From assembly GCA_001822075.1 (NCBI GenBank), contig MHPK01000002.1, positions 11,872 through 75,871 of the forward strand: a DNA stretch of 64,000 nucleotides, written 5' to 3'. A model generated the notes under the pieces. It was not told the DNA's origin, did no database searches, and worked only from the letters and a program-made list of their open reading frames with translations. A program made the translations under genes and the position numbers. Positions 32,408 through 42,013 of the stretch are shown here, piece by piece. Every line of letters begins with the position of its first letter. The first letter of the stretch is position 1. Source of the DNA: Candidatus Staskawiczbacteria bacterium RIFOXYB1_FULL_38_37. Its GTDB lineage: Bacteria > Patescibacteriota > Minisyncoccia > Minisyncoccales > Staskawiczbacteraceae.

Positions 32408-32946
32408 TAACTTTCGGCAATATTAAAAAAGAGCATTTGCCTTTTTTAAAAAAATGGAGAAATGAACAAAAGGATATTTTAAGGCAGACAAAGTTGCTCA
32501 CAGATAAAGATCAGGCAGAGTGGTTTAAAAAGATTAAAAGGGACAAAAATCAAAAACTTTTTGCTGTTTATGAAGGCAAAAAATTTATAGGGTATTGCGG
32601 ATTGGTTTATATTGATTTTCGCCACAAAAGAGCAGAAATTTCTTTATTAACAGAGACAAAAAGGGCAAAAAATAAAGAGACTTACGGGGAAGATTTTATA
32701 TCTGCTTTTAAGATGCTTTGTCGCTATGCTTTTGAAAACTTAAAACTTAATAAAATTTATACAGACACTATTGATTTTAGAAAAGAAAATATAAGAATAC
32801 TTGAAAAACTCGGCTTTAAAAAAGAAGCTATATTAAAAAAACACTATTTTAAAAAAGGAATATATTACGACTCAATTATCCAATCTCTATTTTTAAAAGA
32901 TTGGAAAAAGATTAATCATGGCTTTCAAAAAAAGGATAAAAATTAA
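32404..32946 (+). CDS. GNAT N-acetyltransferase, PseH-like
   Basis: 180 aa. LPFLKKWRNEQ and the later GNAT core. It sits between the aminotransferases and the NeuB-family synthase. Confidence 0.55.
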   Translation: MITFGNIKKEHLPFLKKWRNEQKDILRQTKLLTDKDQAEWFKKIKRDKNQKLFAVYEGKKFIGYCGLVYIDFRHKRAEISLLTETKRAKNKETYGEDFISAFKMLCRYAFENLKLNKIYTDTIDFRKENIRILEKLGFKKEAILKKHYFKKGIYYDSIIQSLFLKDWKKINHGFQKKDKN

Positions 32947-33967
32947 AAACAGATGGATTGGCGGAGAAAATGACCCCTGCTTTATTATTGCTGAAGTCGG
33001 GTCAAATCATAACAGAAACTTTAAGCTGGCGAAAAAAATGATTGATACGGCTAAAGAAGCCGGAGCCGATGCTGTTAAATTCCAAACTTATTCAGCCGAG
33101 GCCCTTTACCAAAAACAGAAAAAGCCCCTAAAAGAAATAGGAGACAAAGAAAAACCTTTTGATATTATTAAAAAAATAGAACTGCCACGGAAGTGGCAAA
33201 AAACATTGTCTGAATATGCTGCTAAAAAGGGATTGTTTTTTCTTTCAACGCCCTTTGACAAGCAAGCTGTAGATGAACTTAATGAGTTTGTGCCGGCTTT
33301 TAAATGGGCTTCTCCTGAACTGATAGATAAGCCTCTTTTAGAATATGCCGCCAAAAAAAGAAAGCCAATGATAATTTCCACTGGTTTTTACGGGGCAAAA
33401 GAGGTAAAAAACGCTTTGAAATGGATTAAAAAAAATAAAAACAGCCAAGTTGTTCTGCTTCAATGCACAGGACTGTATCCGACCGAGCTCGAAGAAGTAA
33501 ATTTAAAAGCTATGGTAGAAATGAAAAAATTATTTAATTTGCCGGTTGGGTTTTCAGATCATACGCAAAGCGCGGTGGTGTCTGCCGCCGCTGCGGCCAT
33601 GGGGGCTAAAATAATAGAAAAGCATTTTACTTTGAACAAGAAAATGAAAGGGCCAGACCATGCTTTTGCCTCAGAACCAGAAGAATTGAAAAAGATGGTT
33701 AAAAATATAAGGGATGTTGAAAAAAGCTTGGGTATTGGCATAAAAAAACCAGCAGAAAGAGAAATAGAGAAAGAAAAACTAATCAGAAGAGGAGTGGTGG
33801 CGATTCGGAAAATAAGCAAAGGAGATAAAATTTCTTTAATCGGCATTACGACAAAAAGAACAGGGAAAGGAGCTGTTTTGCCAACTGATATGTATAAAAT
33901 TATCGGCAAGAAAACTAAGAGAGATATTAAAGTCGATCAAAAGATTGCTCCAGAAGATATTTTATGA
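32918..33967 (+). CDS. pseI: Nonulosonic acid synthase (NeuB family; pseudaminic acid synthase by context)
   Basis: CFIIAEVGSNHNRNFKLAKKMIDTAKEAGADAVKFQTY, with a C-terminal SAF-like domain. Confidence 0.8.
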   Translation: MAFKKRIKIKNRWIGGENDPCFIIAEVGSNHNRNFKLAKKMIDTAKEAGADAVKFQTYSAEALYQKQKKPLKEIGDKEKPFDIIKKIELPRKWQKTLSEYAAKKGLFFLSTPFDKQAVDELNEFVPAFKWASPELIDKPLLEYAAKKRKPMIISTGFYGAKEVKNALKWIKKNKNSQVVLLQCTGLYPTELEEVNLKAMVEMKKLFNLPVGFSDHTQSAVVSAAAAAMGAKIIEKHFTLNKKMKGPDHAFASEPEELKKMVKNIRDVEKSLGIGIKKPAEREIEKEKLIRRGVVAIRKISKGDKISLIGITTKRTGKGAVLPTDMYKIIGKKTKRDIKVDQKIAPEDIL

Positions 33968-34329
33968 ATTTTGATATCAATAAGTTATTTGTTGGAATTG
34001 ATTTAGTTGAAGTTGACCGTTTTAAGGACATCGAAAAACAAAAAAAGTTTATCGATAATATTTTTAGCAAAAGGGAAATTAATGACTGCAGGGGGAAAAA
34101 CAGTTTTGAAGAAAGCTTAGCGGGCCGCTTTGCGGGCAAAGAGGCAGTGAAAAAAACTGTTGAGGAAAGCATTAAATTTAATGAAATAGAAATAATCAAT
34201 AATAAGAACGGCGTTCCCCGAGTGAATTTTTTAAACAAAAAAATGAGTGAAAAATATAAATCAATAATCAGTATTTCCCATTTAAAATCAATTGCCCAGG
34301 CAATATGCATAACATATAAAAAAACATGA
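33964..34329 (+). CDS. acpS: Holo-ACP synthase (4'-phosphopantetheinyl transferase)
   Basis: VGIDLVEVDRF, FSKREI, LAGRFAGKEAVKK, ISISH. Confidence 0.8.
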   Translation: MNFDINKLFVGIDLVEVDRFKDIEKQKKFIDNIFSKREINDCRGKNSFEESLAGRFAGKEAVKKTVEESIKFNEIEIINNKNGVPRVNFLNKKMSEKYKSIISISHLKSIAQAICITYKKT

Positions 34330-34580
34330 ATAATATGAATAACCAAATTAGAGAAGACCTCCAAAAAATATTTTTAAAGACATTCCAGAATTTGAAAGAG
34401 AATGATTTTGATTTTCAGAAACCTAGAATTGATTTTGAGAACTGGGATTCTTTAACCCATATGCAGCTAGTTTCAGAGCTGGAAAGTTTTTTTAAAATTA
34501 GCTTTGAGATGGATGAAATAGTTGATATTAATAAGCCCGAGGATTTGGCAGTTTTAATTGAGAAAAAGAAAAATGCCTAA
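34326..34580 (+). CDS. Acyl carrier protein
   Basis: 84 aa. The DSLTHMQLVSELE motif includes the phosphopantetheine-attachment Ser. Confidence 0.7.
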   Translation: MNNMNNQIREDLQKIFLKTFQNLKENDFDFQKPRIDFENWDSLTHMQLVSELESFFKISFEMDEIVDINKPEDLAVLIEKKKNA

Positions 34581-36045
34581 TAACTATTCATTTAAAATAA
34601 TACCAGATTTTTTAAATAATTCTGTCCGTAATTTTCCTGATAAAATCGGCTTGGTTTTTGAAGAAAGGGAATACAGCTATAAGAAAATAAAAGAAAAAGC
34701 AAACAGTATAGCTAGTTATATTGTTAAAAAAACTAAAAAAGGAGATATAGTTGCCCTATTTTTAGAAAATAGGCCGGAGATAATTTTTAGCTATTTCGGG
34801 ATATTGTCTGCCGGCCGAATTGTTTTGTTAATTCCAGCCAATATTTCAGACGATAACTTCTTGTTTCAAATTAAAAAAACAAACCCAAAACTGATAATAT
34901 CCCAAAAAAAATTTGAACAGAAGCTCAAAAGAACAGGTATTTTAAAAGAATATTTTTATACTGACATAGACGAAATCCCGCAGAGCAGTTTTTTTGCAGG
35001 AGAAGATGTTTCAGGGAACGATGTTTCTACTATCATTTTTACTTCAGGCACGATGGCCGAGCCCAAAGGAGTAGTTTTGAGGCATTGCAACGTTATTTCA
35101 GCGACCAAAAATATAACAGAGTTTTTAAAATGGAGTAAATATGACATCGATGTTAATATTTTATCTCTTTCGCATTCATTCGGATTAGGAAATATCCATT
35201 GTGTTCTCGCGGCAGGAGCCACGGTTATACTTTTTCGCGACGCGATAAATATCAAAAAGATTATTCAGACCATTATTGAAAAGAAAGCCACAACATTTGC
35301 TGCTGTCCCCGCTATCCTACGTTTTGTTGTTGATAATTATTTTGAAGAATTTAAAAAGTGCGGCGAATTTTTAAGATTTGTCCAAACAGACACTTCTTTA
35401 ATGGATAAAGAATTAATTGAAAAAGTTTTATCGGCCTTGCCCAATACTGATTTTAATTATTATTACGGTTTAACGGAAGCTTCCAGGTCAACCTTTTTTT
35501 CAATAAATAAGCACTTAGATAAAATAAACAGCATTGGAAAAGCTTTGTTTAATGTAGAAATAAAAGTCGTCGATGAATATGGCAAGGATTTGCCAGCGGG
35601 CAAAGCAGGAGAGATATGCATTAAAGGGGGACATGTTATCAAAGAGTATTGGAGATGTCCTGAAGCATCAAAAAATATAAAAGATGGCTGGCTAAAAACC
35701 GGAGACGTTGGTTTTATTGATAAGGATGGATATTTATATTTCAAATCCAGAAAAGATGATGTTATAAATGTGTCTGGAGAAAAAGTATCTCCGGAAGAAA
35801 TTGAAGAAGTTGTCAGAAAAATGCCAGGAGTCAAAGATGTTGCAGCTGTTGGCGCGAAGGACAGATTATTGGGGGAGGCGGTGAAGTTATTTATTGTTCC
35901 GGATGCTTCAGATTTTGACGTCCAGAGCGTAGTCCAAGAATGTAAAAAGAAACTGGAAAGCTATAAAGTTCCTAAATTAATAGAAGTTATTGAAAAAATT
36001 CCGCGTACCGAAAATGGCAAGGTGCGCCGCAATATATTAAAGTAG
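34558..36045 (+). CDS. AMP-dependent synthetase/ligase (adenylate-forming, probable acyl-ACP ligase)
   Basis: IIFTSGTMAEPKGV, YGLTEA, and a C-terminal lysine region PRTENGKVRR. Confidence 0.85.
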   Translation: MRKRKMPNNYSFKIIPDFLNNSVRNFPDKIGLVFEEREYSYKKIKEKANSIASYIVKKTKKGDIVALFLENRPEIIFSYFGILSAGRIVLLIPANISDDNFLFQIKKTNPKLIISQKKFEQKLKRTGILKEYFYTDIDEIPQSSFFAGEDVSGNDVSTIIFTSGTMAEPKGVVLRHCNVISATKNITEFLKWSKYDIDVNILSLSHSFGLGNIHCVLAAGATVILFRDAINIKKIIQTIIEKKATTFAAVPAILRFVVDNYFEEFKKCGEFLRFVQTDTSLMDKELIEKVLSALPNTDFNYYYGLTEASRSTFFSINKHLDKINSIGKALFNVEIKVVDEYGKDLPAGKAGEICIKGGHVIKEYWRCPEASKNIKDGWLKTGDVGFIDKDGYLYFKSRKDDVINVSGEKVSPEEIEEVVRKMPGVKDVAAVGAKDRLLGEAVKLFIVPDASDFDVQSVVQECKKKLESYKVPKLIEVIEKIPRTENGKVRRNILK

Positions 36046-36053
36046 TTTTTAAT

Positions 36054-37100
36054 ATGGACAGTAAAATTCTACCGTTTTTACAAAAAATATATTTTCCAGC
36101 AAGCATTTTTTTGGGTAAGCAGAGTTTTATGTTTTTAAAAGCCATTCAGCATGAAAGAAAATTGATTATTATCCCAAAGTCTTTAAAAGATGATAATAAA
36201 GAGTTGTTAATTAGTTTATTTGGAGATGAATTTGAGTATTTTTTCCAGGATAGAGAGCCTCAAATTGAGGATTTTAATAAATTAAAAGAACACTGCCAAA
36301 AAAATAATTACGACTATCTGATAGCTGTAGGCGGCGGATCAGTTATAGACTCAGTCAAAATGGTTAAAAAAGAATTAAATATAAAAATGGTTGCGTTTCC
36401 AACTGCCGTGGGTTCTGGAGCCGAAGTCAGCCAGTACGTCCTTTTAATAGACAACGGAGTAAAAAAAGTTTTTTCTTCTCCGGAATTCTTGCCAGAAATA
36501 ATTATACTAAATACTTCTTTTTTAAATTCATTAACAAAAGAACAGATTATTTTTCAATCAATTGATGCCTTGTCTCATGGATTAGAAAGCTTGGCTTCTA
36601 AAGCGTCAAATCACTTTTCAGACATATTGGCATTAGATTCAATAGAAATTATTTATAGGAACTTAAATAAATTGAATGAAAAAGGAAATAAAGAAGAAAT
36701 TTTGGAAGAATTGCAAATAGCCAGCATTTTATCCGGATTGGCCCAGAGCAGCGCTGCCACCGGTTTGTGTCACGCTCTCGCGCATTATTTTGGGGTAAAG
36801 AATAATATAAGCCACTCAAAAGCAGTTGCTGTTTTCTTGACAGATGTCTTGGATTTGAATTATAAACATACAGACAAATACAGGAAAATAGGGCGGTTAA
36901 AAAGTTTGTCTTCAGATAATTTTATTAAAAATATTCAGGAATTATTTAGTAAATTAGAAATAAAATTAGAAAAAATTAATGTTTTGTCAGAAGATATAAT
37001 AAAAGCAGCTGAGGAGATTAAAAAAGATATTTGCAGCCTTACAAACCCTTATTCTCCGAGCTTGGAAGAGATTATTGAAATCATTAAAAAACACCAATGA
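36054..37100 (+). CDS. Iron-containing (group III) alcohol dehydrogenase family protein
   Basis: AVGGGSVIDSVKMV and CHALAHYFG (HxxxH). Confidence 0.7.
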   Translation: MDSKILPFLQKIYFPASIFLGKQSFMFLKAIQHERKLIIIPKSLKDDNKELLISLFGDEFEYFFQDREPQIEDFNKLKEHCQKNNYDYLIAVGGGSVIDSVKMVKKELNIKMVAFPTAVGSGAEVSQYVLLIDNGVKKVFSSPEFLPEIIILNTSFLNSLTKEQIIFQSIDALSHGLESLASKASNHFSDILALDSIEIIYRNLNKLNEKGNKEEILEELQIASILSGLAQSSAATGLCHALAHYFGVKNNISHSKAVAVFLTDVLDLNYKHTDKYRKIGRLKSLSSDNFIKNIQELFSKLEIKLEKINVLSEDIIKAAEEIKKDICSLTNPYSPSLEEIIEIIKKHQ

Positions 37101-38197
37101 CAGCTTATTCGTCCATTTTAGAAAAAGAGCCTTTTTCTGCAGTCCAATCAAAAAAGGGAAAACTTCTTTTAACAGAAATTAAAAAGTCAGTTTTGCATCA
37201 CTACAAAAACTGCCCTGAATTTAAGGCGCTTTTAGATAATAGAGATTTTAATGTCCAAAAAGATTTTAACTTAGAGGATTTTCCATATTTTCCAGCTTCA
37301 ATTTTTAAAAAATTTGACTTGCTTTCTGTTCCAAAAGGCCAAATTATAAAAACCCTTTATTCAAGCTCTACTTCAGGGCAACCAAGCAAAATAATGATTG
37401 ACAAAATTACTTCAGATAACCAGATATTGGCCCTCAATAAAATAATGATGAATTTTTTAGGAAAACAGAGAAGGCATTTCATTATTTTTGATACAGAAGA
37501 AACGATAGAAAGCAGCCAGGGAGAACTATCTTCAAGAGGCACAGCAATCAGGGGCATGCTCTCACTTGCAAGAAAGATATCTTTCGTTCTTGATAAAGAT
37601 TTGAATTTGAATGCCGAAAAATTAAAAGTTGCCCTTTTTGGCAAAGAAGAAAATGAAAAAGTCTGTTTCTTCGGTTTCAGCTGGCTGTTTTATAATGTTT
37701 ATTTAAAAAACAAAGAAAATAAAGAGGTTTTTAATTTTTTTAAGAAAACATCAAGCAGAGACAATATTATTTTACATATTGGCGGCTGGAAAAAACTTAG
37801 AGATATAAACGTTTCTAAAGAAGATTTCAACAATAATTTAGAAGAAATGTTTTTTATAGATAAAGGAAAAATTACCGATGTTTATGGCATGACAGAACAG
37901 CTTGGGACTGTTTATCCTGATTGCGAATATGGTTACAAACACATGCCCTTATACTCAGAGATAATTATAAGAGATACGAACACTTTAAAGCCTTTGCCGC
38001 CGAGGCAAGTAGGTTTTATCCAATTTTTAAGCCCCTTGCCCCATAGTTATCCCGGCATATCTGTGCTTTCCGACGACCTGGGAAAAATTATTGGGATTGA
38101 TGATTGTAAATGTGGCCGCATGGGCAAGTATTTTGTTTTCGAAAAAAGGTCAGAAAAGGCAGAAATGAAAGGGTGCGGAGATGCATTAAATATTTAA
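37097..38197 (+). CDS. LuxE-like acyl-protein synthetase
   Basis: 366 aa. YSSSTSGQPSKI phosphate-loop-like motif, and pairing with a LuxC-like gene downstream. Pattern recall only. Confidence 0.45.
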   Translation: MTAYSSILEKEPFSAVQSKKGKLLLTEIKKSVLHHYKNCPEFKALLDNRDFNVQKDFNLEDFPYFPASIFKKFDLLSVPKGQIIKTLYSSSTSGQPSKIMIDKITSDNQILALNKIMMNFLGKQRRHFIIFDTEETIESSQGELSSRGTAIRGMLSLARKISFVLDKDLNLNAEKLKVALFGKEENEKVCFFGFSWLFYNVYLKNKENKEVFNFFKKTSSRDNIILHIGGWKKLRDINVSKEDFNNNLEEMFFIDKGKITDVYGMTEQLGTVYPDCEYGYKHMPLYSEIIIRDTNTLKPLPPRQVGFIQFLSPLPHSYPGISVLSDDLGKIIGIDDCKCGRMGKYFVFEKRSEKAEMKGCGDALNI

Positions 38198-38210
38198 AAA
38201 ATAGACCGGT

Positions 38211-39491
38211 ATGGAAAAAACAATTATTTTTAATGGACAAAAGACAAAAGAATCTAATTTTGATTTTGATGTAATTATAAAAAACTTGAAGTCAAGGTTA
38301 GATTATATGCACGACTTGTCAGAAGACGATATAATTGATTTTTTTGACAAGCTGGTTGATTATTGGCAAGAATCGGGCCTGTTAAAGAAACATAGTTATT
38401 TAAAGAATCTTTCAGAGTTTTTTGATAAAGGCAATTTTTCAGAAAAATTAAATATTGCTTTGCATAATAACTATAAAGCCCTAGATGGATTTGTTGATTT
38501 AGGAGATAAAGGCCTGCTTTTTCATGCTCAGCCGAGGGGTTTGACTTGCCATTGGTTAGCTGGCAATGTTCCGGTTCTCGGCTTGTTTTCAATTTTCTTT
38601 TGCCTGGCAACAAAAAATGTTTGCTTAGTTAAAGCTCCTCTCAGGGGTTTTGAAGAATTAACTGGTTTGCTTGAAACTCTTAACGAAGTGAAAACAGAAA
38701 AAATAGACGGCAGGGACTTTTCTAAATCTATAGCTGTTTTATTAATTGAAAACAATGATAAGGAGAGCCATGAGAAGCTTTCTGCTATAGCTGATGTAAG
38801 AATAGCTTGGGGAGGTCTTGATGCCGTAAACGCAATTATTGGCTTGAAAAAAAATCTATTTTGCGAGGATATTATTTTTGGGCCAAAATATTCCTATGTT
38901 TTAATTGATAAGGAATCGTTAGAAAAAAATCAAAAAAATTTAGTTCAAAGATTAGCAGTAGATGTTTCTGTTTTTGACCAGTACGCCTGTTCTTCTCCCC
39001 ACACAGTTTTCATTCAGGAAGCCGAGCCGGGACAGGCTGAAAATTTTGCTAAAGAGTTAGCTTCGCAATTAGAGCTGGTAAATAGGGTTTTGCTTCCTAA
39101 AATTGAAAAAGACCCGGCAAAATCCGCAGAGATAATTAGCATGAGAGCAGAATATGAATTAAAGGGAAAGGTTTTCAATTCTCCTGGCACTGAATGGACT
39201 GTAATTTATACAAAGGAGTCGGGTCTGGCTAAGGGCTGCGGCTCTCGGGTTATTTTTGTAAAACCTATTAAAGATTTAAAAAGTATTAGAGATTATAATA
39301 ATCGCCAGAAACAGACACTGGGAACGGGATTGACGCAAGAGAACAAATTAAAATATCTTGATTCAATCACTCAGAAAGGAATTGATAGGTGTCCGAATCT
39401 TGGATACATGACATTTTATGAATCACCCTGGGATGGGATGTTTGTTCTGGACAGATTGATTCGCTGGGTGACCACGCACAAAGATATTTAA
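38211..39491 (+). CDS. LuxC-like acyl-CoA/acyl-ACP reductase
   Basis: 426 aa. HWLAGNVPVLGLFS and the size fit the LuxC family. Pattern recall only. Confidence 0.45.
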   Translation: MEKTIIFNGQKTKESNFDFDVIIKNLKSRLDYMHDLSEDDIIDFFDKLVDYWQESGLLKKHSYLKNLSEFFDKGNFSEKLNIALHNNYKALDGFVDLGDKGLLFHAQPRGLTCHWLAGNVPVLGLFSIFFCLATKNVCLVKAPLRGFEELTGLLETLNEVKTEKIDGRDFSKSIAVLLIENNDKESHEKLSAIADVRIAWGGLDAVNAIIGLKKNLFCEDIIFGPKYSYVLIDKESLEKNQKNLVQRLAVDVSVFDQYACSSPHTVFIQEAEPGQAENFAKELASQLELVNRVLLPKIEKDPAKSAEIISMRAEYELKGKVFNSPGTEWTVIYTKESGLAKGCGSRVIFVKPIKDLKSIRDYNNRQKQTLGTGLTQENKLKYLDSITQKGIDRCPNLGYMTFYESPWDGMFVLDRLIRWVTTHKDI

Positions 39492-39503
39492 TAGTTTAAT
39501 TTC

Positions 39504-40244
39504 ATGGAAAAAAATATTCAAAAACATTCGTCAGCTATTTGCGGAGAAAATTTTCAGCACGAATACAATGTGGTTATATACGAAAACGTCAGAATAGGAG
39601 ATAACGTATTTTTAGGCAACAACGTTATTATCTACCCCGACACTGTTATTGGCGATAATGCAGTTGTTTTTGACAATGCTGTTTTGGGAAGGATTCCCAT
39701 GCTTGGCCCAGCCAGCCTTTCTTCTGTTGATTCGTCGTTATGCCCCTTAGTTTTGGGTTCTAATGTTATTATTGGCACTTCTGCTGTTGTTTATCGCGGG
39801 ACAAAGATAGGCGATTATTCGTATATAGCCGATATCGTTCATATAAGAGAAAGTTGCCATATCGGCAGCTATTGTTCTGTCGGCAAATGTACCTCATTAG
39901 AGCCAAAAGTCATTATGGAAGACAGGGCAAAAATAGCTGCCTGTTCCCAGATAGCTGCTTTAACAGAGCTTAAAAAAGGGTGTTTTGTCGGCGCAGATGT
40001 TTCTATTTGCACTGATACATCGTTCGGTAGAATAAAAAATGCAGATAAAAAAGTGATTATAGAAAAAGGAGCGATGATAGGCAGCAATGCTTCTATCGGC
40101 CCAGGAGTAACAATAGGCAGGAATGCAATGGTTGCTTTGGGCGCAGTGGTATTGAGAAATGTGCCAGAGAATAAAGTTGCTTTCGGAAATCCAGCTAAGA
40201 TAATGTGGGACGTTGATAAAAAATTACAACAAAAAAATGTTTAA
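39504..40244 (+). CDS. Left-handed beta-helix (hexapeptide-repeat) acyltransferase
   Basis: Repeated [LIV]G-x4 hexapeptides: VRIGDNVFLGNNVIIYPDTVIGDNAVVFDNAVLG. Confidence 0.75.
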   Translation: MEKNIQKHSSAICGENFQHEYNVVIYENVRIGDNVFLGNNVIIYPDTVIGDNAVVFDNAVLGRIPMLGPASLSSVDSSLCPLVLGSNVIIGTSAVVYRGTKIGDYSYIADIVHIRESCHIGSYCSVGKCTSLEPKVIMEDRAKIAACSQIAALTELKKGCFVGADVSICTDTSFGRIKNADKKVIIEKGAMIGSNASIGPGVTIGRNAMVALGAVVLRNVPENKVAFGNPAKIMWDVDKKLQQKNV

Positions 40245-40253
40245 TTTTAAGTT

Positions 40254-41375
40254 ATGAAATATTGTAAAAAATGCGTTCAGCCAAATACCAGGCCAGGAAT
40301 TGTTTTTGATAAAAAAGGAGTTTGTATGGCCTGCCGTTTAGCTGAACAGCATAACAGAATTGATTGGCCAAAAAGGAGAAAAGAGCTTGAAGAAATCGCT
40401 GATTTTGGCAGGAAAAACAATGTTTCGGGGTATGATTGCATAGTTGGAGTGAGCGGAGGAAAAGATAGCACCCGCCAGTCGATTTATGTAAGAGACGAGC
40501 TTGGCTTAAAGCCATTGCTTGTTTCCTGCAATTATCCGCCGGAACAGTTGACAGAAAGGGGAGCTCACAATTTATCAAATCTTGTATCTTTGGGTTTTGA
40601 CTGCATCCAGATTGCTCCGGATCCAAAAGTTTGGAAAAAATTAATGCTTCAAGGGTTTTTAAAATATGGAAATTGGTGCAAATCAACAGAAATGGCTCTT
40701 TATGCTTCAGCTCCAAAAATTGCAATTGCTTACCACATCCCTCTGGTTTTTTTGGGGGAGAGCGAAATGATGGCTTTTGGGGTTGCTGATTCTGGCGACG
40801 GGGGAGACGCTAACAAAATGAAATACGGCCATACCTTACAAGGAGGCGACCCAAAGACGAACAAACTTATTACAAAAGAAATAAAAGATCAAGACCTTTT
40901 TTGGTACCGCTATCCTTCAGACGAAGAAATGGCTTGGGGCAAATTAAAAGTTGTTTTTTTGGGTTATTATATAAAAGATTTTACAAGATTTAAAAATGCG
41001 GAGTTTGCCATAAAGCGAGGACTTGAAATCCGCAACGACTCGCCCGAAGACATCGGGGATTTCTACGGATTCTCAGCCTTAGACGACGACCACGTAATAG
41101 TAAACCAAATGTTAAAATATTTGAAGTTTGGATTTGGCCAAGTTACAGATCAAACATGCGAAGCCATACGGCTTGGGATGATGACAAGAAAAAAAGCCAT
41201 AGAACTTGTTAAAAAATATGACGGTAGATGCGCAGACAGGTTTATAGAAGGTTTTTGCAGATACCTCGGCATTAATAAAAAAAATTTTTGGAGGGTTGCT
41301 GAATTTTACCGCAACAAAGATATTTTTAAGAAAGATGCTAAAGGAAATTTTAAAATTAAAATTCCTATTGAATAG
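40254..41375 (+). CDS. N-acetyl sugar amidotransferase (WbpG/PseA/WbuX family), copy 1
   Basis: MKYCKKCVQPNTRPGIVFDKKGVCMACR zinc-ribbon start, PP-loop-like VGVSGGKDS, and adjacent hisH/hisF paralogues. Confidence 0.75.
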   Translation: MKYCKKCVQPNTRPGIVFDKKGVCMACRLAEQHNRIDWPKRRKELEEIADFGRKNNVSGYDCIVGVSGGKDSTRQSIYVRDELGLKPLLVSCNYPPEQLTERGAHNLSNLVSLGFDCIQIAPDPKVWKKLMLQGFLKYGNWCKSTEMALYASAPKIAIAYHIPLVFLGESEMMAFGVADSGDGGDANKMKYGHTLQGGDPKTNKLITKEIKDQDLFWYRYPSDEEMAWGKLKVVFLGYYIKDFTRFKNAEFAIKRGLEIRNDSPEDIGDFYGFSALDDDHVIVNQMLKYLKFGFGQVTDQTCEAIRLGMMTRKKAIELVKKYDGRCADRFIEGFCRYLGINKKNFWRVAEFYRNKDIFKKDAKGNFKIKIPIE

Positions 41376-41380
41376 AAGTT

Positions 41381-42013
41381 ATGAAAAACAAAATTCTTAT
41401 TATTGATTACGGAGTGGGAAACGATCAGTCGGTTATAAACGTAATTGATTTTTTAGGTTATGATTTTTTGGTTTCCAACAAAAAAGAAGATATTTTAAAA
41501 TCATCAGCCTACATTCTCCCCGGCGTAGGAGCTTTCAATGAAGCAATGAAAAACCTTAACAGTCTTGGAATTACAGAATTATTAAAAAAACAGGTTTTGT
41601 CAAATAAAAAACCCATATTCGGAATCTGCCTTGGCTTTCAGGTGCTGGCTGATTATTCAGAAGAAAACGGATTTCATGAAGGGTTGGGTTTCATTAAGGG
41701 CGGGGTTGTCAAATTAGAGGCAAAAAGGGGTTTAAGGGTTCCTCATGTTGGTTGGAATACACTAAAGATTATAAAAAAAGACCCTTTATTCTCAAACATA
41801 GACAAAGAGCCGAGTTTTTATTTTGACCATAGCTATCATTTAAGATGCGATAATTCTTATATTTCAGCAGAATGTTTTTACGGAAGAGACATAGCGGTAG
41901 CCGTGCAAAAAGATAATATATTCGGCGTCCAGTTTCATCCTGAAAAAAGCCAGAATAACGGACTAAAATTATTCAGGTCATTTTTTAATTATTTAAACGT
42001 TAAGCATGCTTAA
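41381..42013 (+). CDS. hisH: Imidazole-glycerol-phosphate-synthase-like glutaminase subunit (HisH paralogue of LPS clusters)
   Basis: GICLGFQVL (nucleophile Cys), HVGWN, FHPEKS. Confidence 0.85.
   Translation: MKNKILIIDYGVGNDQSVINVIDFLGYDFLVSNKKEDILKSSAYILPGVGAFNEAMKNLNSLGITELLKKQVLSNKKPIFGICLGFQVLADYSEENGFHEGLGFIKGGVVKLEAKRGLRVPHVGWNTLKIIKKDPLFSNIDKEPSFYFDHSYHLRCDNSYISAECFYGRDIAVAVQKDNIFGVQFHPEKSQNNGLKLFRSFFNYLNVKHA

Noticed and set aside
40252-40725. 157-aa minus-strand ORF at the start of amidotransferase 1
   Set aside because: The plus frame carries the family-defining CxxC ribbon and PP-loop. The antisense frame has no motif and would break the operon.
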